Shown piece by piece: positions 34,937 through 45,133 of a stretch of 64,000 nucleotides of DNA. The notes under the pieces were generated by a model. It did not search any database. It was not told where the DNA came from and saw nothing but the letters and a program-made list of their open reading frames with translations. This DNA is from Coniocarpon cinnabarinum. Its lineage: Eukaryota. The DNA lies in NCBI GenBank assembly GCA_051942205.1, contig JAVECO010000061.1, forward strand, positions 1-64,000, written 5' to 3'. Numbering within the stretch: the first letter of the stretch is position 1; each line of letters begins with the position of its first letter. Both the position numbers and the translations under genes were made by a program.

Positions 34937-35198
34937 GTGGCGTTTAAGGTGAAGTAGTCTTGGGTGAAGTGGCGTTAGGTAAAGTGGCGTTAGGTGAAGT
35001 GGCGTTAGGTGAAGTAGCGTTAGATAAAGTAGCGTTAGGTAAAGTGGCGTTAGGTGAAGTGGCGTTAGGTGAAGTGGCGTTAGGTGAAGTGGCGTTAGGT
35101 GAAGTGGCGTTAGGTGAAGTGGCGTTAGGTAAAGTAGCCTTAGGTAAAGTAGCGTGAGAGGTAAAGTAGCTTAAAAGGTAAAGTGGCGTAAGAGTGAA
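34937..35198. repeat. 15-bp minisatellite (GTGGCGTTAGGTGAA) x ~17
   Basis: Visible tandem array with degenerate outer units. Internal variants are mostly TG->TA. Confidence 0.95.
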
Positions 35199-35385
35199 GA
35201 AGTATAAGAGATCAAGTAGTGCAAGTTACAGTGGCGCTGGACAATGATAGCCCAAAATTTAAGCCAGAAGAAGGGAGTTGTAGTAGCCAGGACAAGGACA
35301 GATACCCAATAGATATCAAATCAATAAATACAAAAGGAGACAGTCGTACATGCCTGTCACACACAACACGAGCAACTGTCTACGC

Positions 35386-36651
35386 CTAGACATCCGTTCT
35401 CACCGTTGTCCTCTCCTCCGCAATCACCGCATCCTCATCCAATTCAGGCTCCCCATCATCATCATCATCATCCTCGTTTTCATCAATCATCTCCTCCACT
35501 TCCGCACTCAACCCATCACTCCCATCCAGGGCACTCCTACTCTGCACAGAACTCTTCTTCACACTACTCCTCAAATCCTTACTATGTCTCCTCAAAACTT
35601 CCCGCAGCGCCCCCTCCTCCACAATCACCCTCCCCATCTCCAATAACATCTTGACGTCGCACTTCCCCAAATCGACAATGCGACCCTCTCGATTCATCCC
35701 CTCCACCCCTCTGAACAGTGTTTCGTTATCACCGCCCCGCTCCCGCGCCACGAGTAGGCTTCGGCCGTCTGTGCGCCCCCACCGGTTCGTAGCGAACATG
35801 TCGGACATGTGACTGAGATTGTAGGCGGGCGGATTGCGGAACGCGTCCACGATGAGTAATTCACTCCTTTGGAAGCGGTGGGAGAGGGCGGTGCGGAAGG
35901 CGCGGTCGTAGATCTTGCGCGGGAGGCTGAGGGAGAAGTCGCGGGGTTTGGGGCCGAAGGCTACGCCGCCGCCTCTTCGGATGGGACTGTAGAAATATTC
36001 GTTAGTGTATCTTTCGGACGGAGGGGCGAGTCGTGCGTGGTGCCTGTCGAGAAGATGGAGGGTATTGTGGGATGTGGGGGGGATGAACGTACGATTGCTT
36101 GTCACCCACACGTGCCCGGCCCAATCCTTTCTGGGGATACAACTTCCGATGACTGCCGTGGACTTCATCTCGCCACTTGGTGTTTGCAGTGCCCTGCCGT
36201 GATCTTGACGCTTCGTAGACTATGGCGCGATGGAGTAGATCGCGCCGTAGAGGAAGGCCAAGATGATTCGTGGGAAAATGTGTAAGTCTTAACGGCTCCA
36301 TAGTTGGGAAACGGTGGATTGGTGTGACGACCGTGTCTGGTGGCGGTATGAAGGAGGTGACTGGGGGCGCAATGGTGGTTGTAATTGGCGATTGATCGTG
36401 GCTTGTAGATGATTGATTGGGCGGTGGCGGGGGAGGATAGGTGGTGGAGTTGGATGTTGAAAGGACATCCTCGTTCACTGTGGCCATTGAACGCTTTGTT
36501 ATAGCTGGACGTAGCGGCTGAGCCTTGTCAGAGTTGACTGAATCAAATAGCGGAGGTGAGTGCGTACAAGCGTAGCTTCACAGCAGCGCGGTGCTCGCTG
36601 AGGCCGCCTCGCGAGCCATTGGAATCGCTGTGCTGTATGTTTCGACGACAT
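35386..36651 (-). CDS. YML6: Mitochondrial ribosomal protein uL4m (YmL6)
   Basis: Exons 36651-36568, 36517-36093 and 35986-35386. Splicing restores [52 protein letters not shown]. Arg-rich presequence. Confidence 0.92.
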
Positions 36652-36861
36652 CTTCGCCTTTAAAGTTATCTTGGAGCTGTTGCTGTTTCTCGGTTGTATC
36701 GCGACGTGATCGATGAAAAGTTACAGAAGATAAGATGAGAGAGGACCGATCTCGTCCGAAAAAGGAAATAGGTTTATACTCCCATCTACAAGTGCTCGAA
36801 AACTTGCACTATTTTCCTGTAGCACAGCCGTTGTACTTGGTCCGCTGCAGCTTGGTCCAGC

Positions 36862-38271
36862 ATGTCTGCAAAGGGCTTCAGTGGCCTAGGCAGACTATGT
36901 CGACGTTCGTCGCCAACCGTCCGCTCCTCAACGCTCCCAGTTCGCACACTCACGACGACCTCCCTGCAACGATCCGATGTCCAACCCTCAAGCAATCCGC
37001 CCTCTGAAGCTCCACCACCACCTTCAAATTTCCCTTCAGAACCTCTCACACCAAAACAACACGCGCTCGTCACCTCCGCCGATCCCAACACCGCTCACGA
37101 CCGCCGCCTCGAACGCGTCCTCATGCGCCAGGGACGTCCCCCAATCGGGTCGCGGCGCCGCCGCGCTGCGCTCTCTTCTTCCGACAACATCCCCTTCGAA
37201 CAATTGCCTTACCAGTGTTTCCAAGAAGCGCGCCAAATCTTGCAAGAAGACCGCGCCGAGAAGTTGGCAGATATCACGAAAATGCGGGCGCGCATCGAGA
37301 GAGTTAAACTGCAGGAAGTAGGACGCAGCCGGAATGCGATTTTATTCAAAGAGCGGCGATTGCTGTCTATGATGCAGCGGCTTGAGAAGCTCAAGATTCT
37401 GGCCGATATCAACGACCCGCTTGTGAAGAAGCGGTTTGAAGACGGGGAGGGCGACATGAACAAGCCGATATATCGGCATTTGGCATTCAAAAAGTTCAAG
37501 GGGCGGAAATATTTGATCCTAAAGCAGCGGTTGGAGCAGATGCATGTGTGTCCTGATCTGCTACCACCGTTTGATGTCACGTATGATGTGGCATTGAGCT
37601 TTGGACGCCATGACATTGGCCCAGGTGAATTCGTGCATAGTGCACTGAGCGAGCGACCGCCAAGACTAACAGTGCAGCCCTTTGATCGCGGAGAACGATA
37701 TGTGACTATTGCGGTGGTAGACCCGGATGTACCGGACGTGGAGGGTGATGGGTTCAGCAAGCGGTGTCATTTCCTGGCTGTCAACATCCCGGTGGGACCG
37801 ACAAAGACGAAAGTCAACGTCGGCGAAATCATGGGCAGTCTGGAAATGAAGCCGCGAGCAGAAGGTGAGGAAGGATATGAGAGCCAAGATGCGGAAACGG
37901 GGGTGACGCAGGAGAAGCGAGAAGTGGGGGATTGCTTGTTGCCGTGGTTGCCGCCTTATGCGCAGAAGGGGAGTCAGTATCATCGACTGTCTGTCATTGT
38001 GCTGCAGCAGTATCGGCGATTAGAACCCAGCGTGCTGAAGAAGGAAGGAAAGTTTGGAGGAAACAGGGAAGACGTGAATGTTGTGGCATTGATGAGCAGG
38101 TTTCATGTAAGACCTGTGAGTGGTTTTTTGTTCAGGACACAGTGGGATGGTGGGATGGATGCTTTGATGAGTCGGATGGGGGTTGAGGGTGTGGGAGAGG
38201 AGCTTAAGAGGAAGCGCGTCGAGCCGTTGCCGTATAAATGGAAGCCGAGCATGAGCGAGAGATATCGGTAG
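36862..38271 (+). CDS. MRPL35: Mitochondrial ribosomal protein mL38 (YmL35), PEBP domain
   Basis: Presequence, LPYQCFQEAR, ADINDPLVK, VDPDVPDVE, and WLPPYAQKGSQYHRL. Confidence 0.92.
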   Translation: MSAKGFSGLGRLCRRSSPTVRSSTLPVRTLTTTSLQRSDVQPSSNPPSEAPPPPSNFPSEPLTPKQHALVTSADPNTAHDRRLERVLMRQGRPPIGSRRRRAALSSSDNIPFEQLPYQCFQEARQILQEDRAEKLADITKMRARIERVKLQEVGRSRNAILFKERRLLSMMQRLEKLKILADINDPLVKKRFEDGEGDMNKPIYRHLAFKKFKGRKYLILKQRLEQMHVCPDLLPPFDVTYDVALSFGRHDIGPGEFVHSALSERPPRLTVQPFDRGERYVTIAVVDPDVPDVEGDGFSKRCHFLAVNIPVGPTKTKVNVGEIMGSLEMKPRAEGEEGYESQDAETGVTQEKREVGDCLLPWLPPYAQKGSQYHRLSVIVLQQYRRLEPSVLKKEGKFGGNREDVNVVALMSRFHVRPVSGFLFRTQWDGGMDALMSRMGVEGVGEELKRKRVEPLPYKWKPSMSERYR

Positions 38272-39299
38272 TGTGCTCTTACCTCGACGCAGTTGTAGTA
38301 TACGATACACATTGAACATATCAGCAACGTGGCTGATCTTGGAATAATGCAATGCGCACATTGAATAGACAAAAGAAACGCAAATCACGCTGCATTTTGA
38401 ACTTAGCTATTGGGAGAAGGCTGCGCGTTGATTGAGCAAAGTGCCATGTTCTGTTACAAGTGCTTTAGCTTTTTAAGCTGTAACCTTTGCAGCGTTTGAG
38501 CCCGTGGCAGTCATAGAAAGGGTAATATGCTGCTCGCTCTCGCCGTTACTGCCTAGCAGCAGAACGACATTCCAATTTCCAGTCCTTTAAATATTTGAGA
38601 GGCAACACTACCCTTTTTAGATGTCTTCAAGAGTAAGATTTGATGCAAGAATTGCTCAAATATAGCAACGTGCAAAAATAGTAAATCCATAACCTGAACA
38701 TGTGAAATTTAGAAGCGTCGTATCACCCTGAGCTTTTGATCGTATGCTAGACCAATGTTTGCATGCTATCGAGACGCATATTTTGCGAGGGGCTTCATGA
38801 GCTCACTGTAACACGTGAGGCGGTATCAGCGCTGATTGAATGTGTGTAAGCAGCACAAAACGGAGTGAAGGAGGAGACCGTCGAGGTCGATGACTGTATC
38901 AAACCATTGTAATACCTAGTCACAATGCTCTGCAATTCTTCAGTCTGCTAGAACATTTTTGGCAGCACGGCCCAAGGTCTCGTTGCAGACGACTCCATTC
39001 GCAGCACAGAGAGACAGGAGCACGTCACCCGGCTGCTGGCGTGGTTGACTCTCCTTGACGTCCTACTTTGCAATGTAGCGGCCCGCGACGTGTATGTCTT
39101 TCAAGTTGTTTTTGAGCTCGCATATTTGAGCCCCACGCTGCTGTCAACGCAACGGGACTGGCTGAAGTCTCATAGACACGTCAATGTTGACTTCTCGTCC
39201 TTAGAAGAACCAAGTTCAACTTGACGATTTGGGTTGCTGGCTCTACCGCTCTCATGCATGCAGTATGCTGAGGCCATGAATGTTGAAACGGTGATCACA

Positions 39300-40208
39300 T
39301 CAACCACTCGCGGCCGCACGTTCTCGTAAATGCTCCATTCTCTCCCTTTCACGCGTCTCGGCTCTCTTCCTCTTCTCCTCCGCCTCTGCGCGCTTCTTCG
39401 CTTTTTCTTCCTCCTTCTTCTTCATCTTGTCCTTCCTCTCCTGCTTGATCGACGCCATTGTACTCCTGCCCTCTTGCTTGCCTTCGGCTCTGCTTACGAA
39501 TTTTAATATCACTTGTCCGCCCACCGATCCCGCGATTGGTGCAGCTTCTTGCGCACCGTCAATGTCTAAAGCCCGCTGTCTCACAATCTCAATGAGCTCC
39601 TGTCCTTCATCCATCGTCGGTTTTCGCCCTCCACGCTTTTGTCCGATCAAGATCTCTACACTCTTTCCCTCTGCTAACCATGCTTCCAATTTCTTCAGCC
39701 GATGCTCCAGATCATTGTGTCTGTCCACGCCCCACGTCAGCTCCAGCTCCTTCCCCGCAGCTAGTGTCTTAGCCTGAGCCCTTTTCTGCGCCTCCTTGAC
39801 CTGCTCGTTCTCTCGTAACCACCGCTTCGTCCGCACCCTCACGACAGGCAGTCCAGTCTCGCTGTGCTTGCCAACTTGCTGGATATGTTCCTCATCACGA
39901 TTGATTTGTTTCAAGAGGTAGGAAAGCGTCTCCGGGTCCTGGTCCATGCCTTCGTTCTCATCAACGAAGTGAACCCCGGTGCTGCGAATCTTCTCGTCAA
40001 GCGGATGATCGGGATCATTGAAAGGTGTTTTGGGTGGTGCTGTCGTACCTCGAGCGTTGGCAGCTCGACTAGCATAACGGAGGGGTTGATAGTGATTTGG
40101 TGAAGCTTGAAACTGTGTTGCCGGCGATGGCCTTAACGCAGGCTGCACCAGCGAGCGGTAGAGTCGCCGCGCTGGCGAAGCTAGTGGACGAAGCATAGTT
40201 TTTGTCAT
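39300..40208 (-). CDS. Mitochondrial translation initiation factor 3 (Aim23-like)
   Basis: Presequence, N-domain LDEKIRSTGVHFVDEN, C-domain KELELTWGV..DLEHRLKKLEAWLAEGKSVEILIG. Confidence 0.8.
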   Translation of the reverse strand: MTKTMLRPLASPARRLYRSLVQPALRPSPATQFQASPNHYQPLRYASRAANARGTTAPPKTPFNDPDHPLDEKIRSTGVHFVDENEGMDQDPETLSYLLKQINRDEEHIQQVGKHSETGLPVVRVRTKRWLRENEQVKEAQKRAQAKTLAAGKELELTWGVDRHNDLEHRLKKLEAWLAEGKSVEILIGQKRGGRKPTMDEGQELIEIVRQRALDIDGAQEAAPIAGSVGGQVILKFVSRAEGKQEGRSTMASIKQERKDKMKKKEEEKAKKRAEAEEKRKRAETRERERMEHLRERAAASG

Positions 40209-40588
40209 TTTGAGAATGGGAGTGAATGATTCTTAGCTCATTGTTATGTGCAACTGGCTTATATACAGTGAGTTAATGTGTTGTCACACGGGGTAGTTTT
40301 CCGTAGTAACGGTCCTCTACTGAAGCCCTGATTTCCCAGGCGCTAGCCCCTAGACGCAGGGAAAAAGGCCTTTATTTCCTCCCCACTCAGAAACCCTAAA
40401 TTTAGCGGGGCATACTCGCACGGTACTGGCGCTGTCTTTCTCTTTCGCTCCCTTCCAGTAAACTTCATCATCTCGTCTCCTCACCCCGATGAAATCATCG
40501 GAGGGTCGAGCAAAGCTACTCTCGAGGCAACGATGAGAGAGTCAAGACACCCAGTGAGGCTGCGAGCGTCTCAGCAGTTGCGATAGCA

Positions 40589-41233
40589 ATGTCCGATGGG
40601 CTCGAGGAATACTTGCAAGCCTTGAATGTCCAGCAGCAGCGAGAACGCGCTCAAGAAGAGGTCATCAATGCCTACACGAAGCTCGCAGACGCCTACGCCG
40701 AGGCGCAAAAGCGAAAATTCGCCAATCCTCCTGAGCCAGAGGAGACACCAGAGAAGCGTTCAGGTTCTCTGCCCCGCATCCCGCCGTCGATAACCGGCTC
40801 GCGAGCGCCAACGCCTCAGCGAGCAGCATCGAGTTCCTCTTCGCAGCTGCGTACGGACTTGATGAATGCGAACAAGACAATCCATGACTTGAACATGCAA
40901 GCAGCGTCGTTCAAGGATGAGATCGAAACGCTGAAGAACAAGGCTACTGTTTCGGACAAGAGAACAGGGCAGCTGCACGGCCGGATTGCAAAGCTTGAAG
41001 GCGACCGGTCGAGTCTTAATCGCAAATTGAAGGACAGAGATGGCGAGCTGAAGGAGAAGAACCGCATGATGAATGAGATGCAGGACGAGATGGTGGGCAT
41101 GGAGATGCAGATGAATATGGCCGAGGAGAGGGCCAAGAAGCTCGAGAAGGATAACCAAGACCTCGTCGAGCGATGGATGAAGAAGATGGGAGGCGAGGCG
41201 GACGAAATGAATAGAGGAAGTGGTTGGAAGTGA
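40589..41233 (+). CDS. ATG16: Autophagy protein Atg16
   Basis: N-terminal Atg5-binding-type helix (EYLQAL..RE), long coiled coil, C-terminal QDEM...NQDLVERWMKKMG.EADEMN. Confidence 0.88.
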   Translation: MSDGLEEYLQALNVQQQRERAQEEVINAYTKLADAYAEAQKRKFANPPEPEETPEKRSGSLPRIPPSITGSRAPTPQRAASSSSSQLRTDLMNANKTIHDLNMQAASFKDEIETLKNKATVSDKRTGQLHGRIAKLEGDRSSLNRKLKDRDGELKEKNRMMNEMQDEMVGMEMQMNMAEERAKKLEKDNQDLVERWMKKMGGEADEMNRGSGWK

Positions 41234-41387
41234 GAGCCTCACACAAGCCTCCGGAATTGAATCATTATGTCTGTGGGCAAGTTCATGGATCGTGTCTTAC
41301 TGTACAACGATCCCATTACTGACGCCCTCGCTATGCAAAGACCCGTTCCCGTCAGCCATGTCGAACGCCATGCGATGCTCCAGGGTA

Positions 41388-42698
41388 TCACTGTTGCCGA
41401 CACTGCGTTCTCGGTCCGTGCATCTCCTCATACTCCTCCTCGGCGTCAGTCGCGCGAGGACGCGTTGATTCACCGCCAAAATTGCGCATGTTGGCATTGG
41501 CCTGAAAGTTGACCTCGTCGACCTCAGCGGCATGTATGGGTGGTTCCGGTTTCGGCAAGATCCCTTTCAACTTGTCGTGAACGCCACTATCCAAGAGGGC
41601 ATCTGCGTCGGGGAACTGGATGAAAACCTTTAAGAACAGATTGCCTTTCTGTTCCCTTCGCTTGACCGGCATGCCCTCGCCGGGGACGCACAATGTTTGA
41701 TTGGGCCTCAGCACGCGCTCGGCAGGATTGTGGTGGAGTTGAATGCCGCGGCCATCCAAATGTTTGAGGACGACGCGATGAAAACCACACAGAGCTTCGG
41801 CAAGAGTGATGCGGATGGTCGCGGCCAAGTCGTCGCCAGAGCGCTTGAAGACGTCGTGCACCTTTTGAGCCAGAACGAATACTATGTCGCCTGGTTCTTG
41901 ATCCGGTGCTTGGTCTCCCTCTCCGGCGATTGTGAGCTTCTCCCCGTGTTGACTCCCTGGAGGAATGTACAGCTCGAGTTGTTTCTTTTCCTGGACCACA
42001 CATTGCCCTTTGCACTTCTTGCAGCGATCCTTATCCCTGAAGAACTTGCCTTCTCCACGGCAGGTGCCACACCACTCAGTCGCTCGGACGAACATTCCGG
42101 CCGTCAACATGTGAGGCCTGGTCACTTTACCTTTGCCGCCACACACCTCACATGTCTTTGGACGGGTGCCGTCCTTGCCACCGCGGCCCTTGCATTGACG
42201 GCAGAGGATCTTCTTGTTACTGCTGAAATGCGCCGTTTTCCCCTTGTACAGGTCTTCGAGGGTGATCTGATACTCGGTGATTTCATCGGGGCCGCGCCCA
42301 GGTCTGCGACGAGGGCCGCCGTTCATGCCTGGCATGTCACCAAACATACTCGCAAAGAATTCTTGCATGTCTGCCGGGCCAGGCTCCATGCCACCTCCTT
42401 TCTCAAACGCAGCCATGCCATGCATGTCATAGAGCTGACGCGTGTCGTCATTTTGAAGAATGTCATACGCCTGGCCAATGGCTTTGAATTTGATTTCGGC
42501 TTGTGCTCGATCGGCCTGGGGTACCTTATCCGGATGGGTAGAGAGTGCAGCCTGTTCGAGTGTCAGTCACAATGCAAGGTTTGTTGCACACCGGGTCAGG
42601 TGGACCTTGTGGTAGGCCTTCTTAATCTCTGCTTGACTCGCGCTTCGCTGCACGCCCAAGACCTCGTAGAGGTCGATCTCTTCCTGTGCTTGCTGCAT
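41388..42698 (-). CDS. Type I DnaJ/Hsp40 (Xdj1/Ydj1 family)
   Basis: Exon 1 42698-42606 (DLYEVLGV..EIKKAYHK); intron 42605-42552; HPDK, four CxxCxGxG-type repeats, CaaX box CRQQ. Confidence 0.92.
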
Positions 42699-42971
42699 GG
42701 TTGATTAGACTGGCTCGCGAAGACCAGCAAATCGATGGGTTGACGCGATCATTGAAAAATTGCGAACGCCGGCAAAGAGCCGCAGAAGGCCAGGGAAGTT
42801 GACAGAAATCAGTAGTGGTAAATCATCCAGAAGTGTGCAAGTGAAAGGTGACGCAGCTTGCCAAAGAGAAAAAGTCGCACGTGGCTCTCTTATCACCGTC
42901 TAATCTTAAGTCCGGATCTTGCATCTCGTGAAGCTCGAGCTACCCGACCCGATTCATTCGAGCTTCGTCCA

Positions 42972-44786
42972 ATGCATGCTCGCCTGCCATATATCTGTGG
43001 ACCTTGCCAATTGCTTCTACGTGCCCAATCCAGAAGATCTCTGCGCAAGACACAAGCTCGCCCGCTAGCAGCCTCACGCCGCACCAAATTCACCCTCCCT
43101 GAAAAGCCGGTCCGCACCCGCTTCGCTCCTTCACCAACAGGCTCCCTTCACCTCGGCTCTCTGAGAACTGCCCTCTTCAACTACCTCCTCGCCCGCGCAA
43201 CCAAGGGGTCCTTCCTCCTCCGCATTGAAGACACAGACGTCAAGCGCACCCTCCCCGGTGCCCGCGAAGGCATCTACAGCGACCTCCAATGGGCCGGTCT
43301 GCAATGGGACGAGGGACCCCTCGTTGGTGGTCCCTTCGGTCCTTATACGCAGAGTGATCGCACGCCTATATATCAGGCGTCAGCACAGGATTTGCTAGAC
43401 AAGGGCGCGGCGTATCGCTGTTTTTGCTCGGCCGAGCGTCTTAATGATCTGGCGCGTGGACGGAAGGAGCTGGGATTGCCAACGGACTATGATCGTCTTT
43501 GCGCGTCCATCTCTGTTGCTGAGTCGAATGCTCGCGCGGAGAGCGGCGAGAATTTCACAGTAAGGCTACGTGCACCGGATGTTTACCCACCCTTTACGGA
43601 CCTCGTCTACGGTCGTATCGGTAAATTGGACACAGCTGCAAACCGCGGCGTCACGCACAAACACGGCGAGATTACATACGAAGACCCTGTTCTCTTGAAA
43701 AGCGACGGAACGCCGACATATCACCTCGCGAACGTGGTGGACGACCACCACATGCGAATCACGCATGTCGTGCGCGCGACGGAATGGCTCCCTAGCACGC
43801 CTAAACATCTAGCACTCTACAACGCCTTCGGCTGGGAACCCCCGGCATACGCCCATGTCGGATTACTCGTGGACATGCACAAGCAGAAACTAAGCAAACG
43901 GAACATGGATACTAGTTTATCGACCCTAGGAGACGCCGGATGGCTCAAGGACACTCTCGTCAATTTCGCAGCACTACTGGGTTGCAGCTTCGATCGCAAA
44001 AGCGACGTCATGGATTTAAACGAGCTCGTGGAGAGTTTCTCCGGAAAATTCACAAAGGGCAACGCCGTCGTGACGGAAGAGAAACTGGGGTTCCTACAGA
44101 AACGACATGCTGAGAGGGCGATATTGCGGTTTCGGGAAATGAAGGAGGAGGATCCGGCGTTTGCTTCGATACTGGATGCCGTGGTGGCGCTTGTACATGC
44201 GAAACCGTCGGCGCTAGAAGGACGGGACTTGACGACGACAGCGTCGAGACAATTACGAAGACTAGTGGGCGAGATACTACTCCAGGACTCAAAAACCTAC
44301 ATCTCACCGACTCAATTTCTAGAGCGACATCTCTTCTTCTTAACACGTCCACAGCCTGCCGACTGGATCATGGTACTTGATCACAAGCCACCCGGAATAT
44401 CCGTCCTTGCTCATTCCGATCCATTGAAAAAATCACTGAATCACGTCCTCGGCCTACTCCGCACAGCCTCACATGATCGAAATCACACTGACTCCTCGAT
44501 TGCAAACAAATTCGAGCTCCTTGTTCATGATCGTGTGGCGATTGCAACGATCATGAATGAACTCGGCGTCGAAGACGAAAAAGAGAAGCACAGCTTGTGG
44601 TGCAAGATACTACGGGCGGTGCTGGTCGGCGGAAAGAATGGGCCAGGGATTGTGTCTACGATGGAGATTTTGGGCACGGAAGAGGTGGAGGCGCGGATGG
44701 AGGGTGTGTTGGAGTGGATTGATCCGTATGTTGCTGTTACGGATGTTGGGACAGGGTGGCAGGAACGATATAAGATGGATACATGA
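42972..44786 (+). CDS. MSE1: Mitochondrial glutamyl-tRNA synthetase
   Basis: RTRFAPSPTGSLHLGS, LRIEDTD, YHLANVVDDH and KLSKR motifs. First in-frame ATG is at 42972, followed by a presequence. Confidence 0.92.
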   Translation: MHARLPYICGPCQLLLRAQSRRSLRKTQARPLAASRRTKFTLPEKPVRTRFAPSPTGSLHLGSLRTALFNYLLARATKGSFLLRIEDTDVKRTLPGAREGIYSDLQWAGLQWDEGPLVGGPFGPYTQSDRTPIYQASAQDLLDKGAAYRCFCSAERLNDLARGRKELGLPTDYDRLCASISVAESNARAESGENFTVRLRAPDVYPPFTDLVYGRIGKLDTAANRGVTHKHGEITYEDPVLLKSDGTPTYHLANVVDDHHMRITHVVRATEWLPSTPKHLALYNAFGWEPPAYAHVGLLVDMHKQKLSKRNMDTSLSTLGDAGWLKDTLVNFAALLGCSFDRKSDVMDLNELVESFSGKFTKGNAVVTEEKLGFLQKRHAERAILRFREMKEEDPAFASILDAVVALVHAKPSALEGRDLTTTASRQLRRLVGEILLQDSKTYISPTQFLERHLFFLTRPQPADWIMVLDHKPPGISVLAHSDPLKKSLNHVLGLLRTASHDRNHTDSSIANKFELLVHDRVAIATIMNELGVEDEKEKHSLWCKILRAVLVGGKNGPGIVSTMEILGTEEVEARMEGVLEWIDPYVAVTDVGTGWQERYKMDT

Positions 44787-45133
44787 AATTGAGTGAGTGA
44801 TGTAGACTTCTGGTGGTATGTTTTGTAGTATATACTGTGGTATCACTTCGTTTCGGATTGCTTGAGGAACTTGACAGAGCCAAGTTTTTTGGAGTGTCAT
44901 GAAGATTGCGCTATCTCTCTCTGGCTTGATCGCCCTTCATTCTGCGCTTTGTGCCTCGCAGCGACGATTGATGGTGCGGCGAACGCTCGTACAAGATTGC
45001 GTGTGGCGGTGACAAGAGGTTTCTTTGTCGCGGTTCTTGAGGCTGTCCAATGGCGACGGGTACGACGCGGTGCGAAAGTTTCAGTGAGAGCTTTAAATCT
45101 GGAGTTCACTCAACCAGTAGACTCGGCTCAGCT

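Noticed and set aside
34960..35157. ORF of (GEVAL)n pentapeptide repeats
   Set aside because: Artefact of the stop-free 15-bp minisatellite; no ATG start.
34937..35198. Telomere or interstitial telomeric tract
   Set aside because: TTAGG lies inside a 15-bp unit; there is no (TTAGGG)n run.
35987..36092. Programmed frameshift in uL4m
   Set aside because: A canonical 106-nt intron (GTACGT..CTAAC..CAG) explains the frame change.
41697..42704. 335-aa plus-strand ORF
   Set aside because: Antisense shadow of the DnaJ gene.
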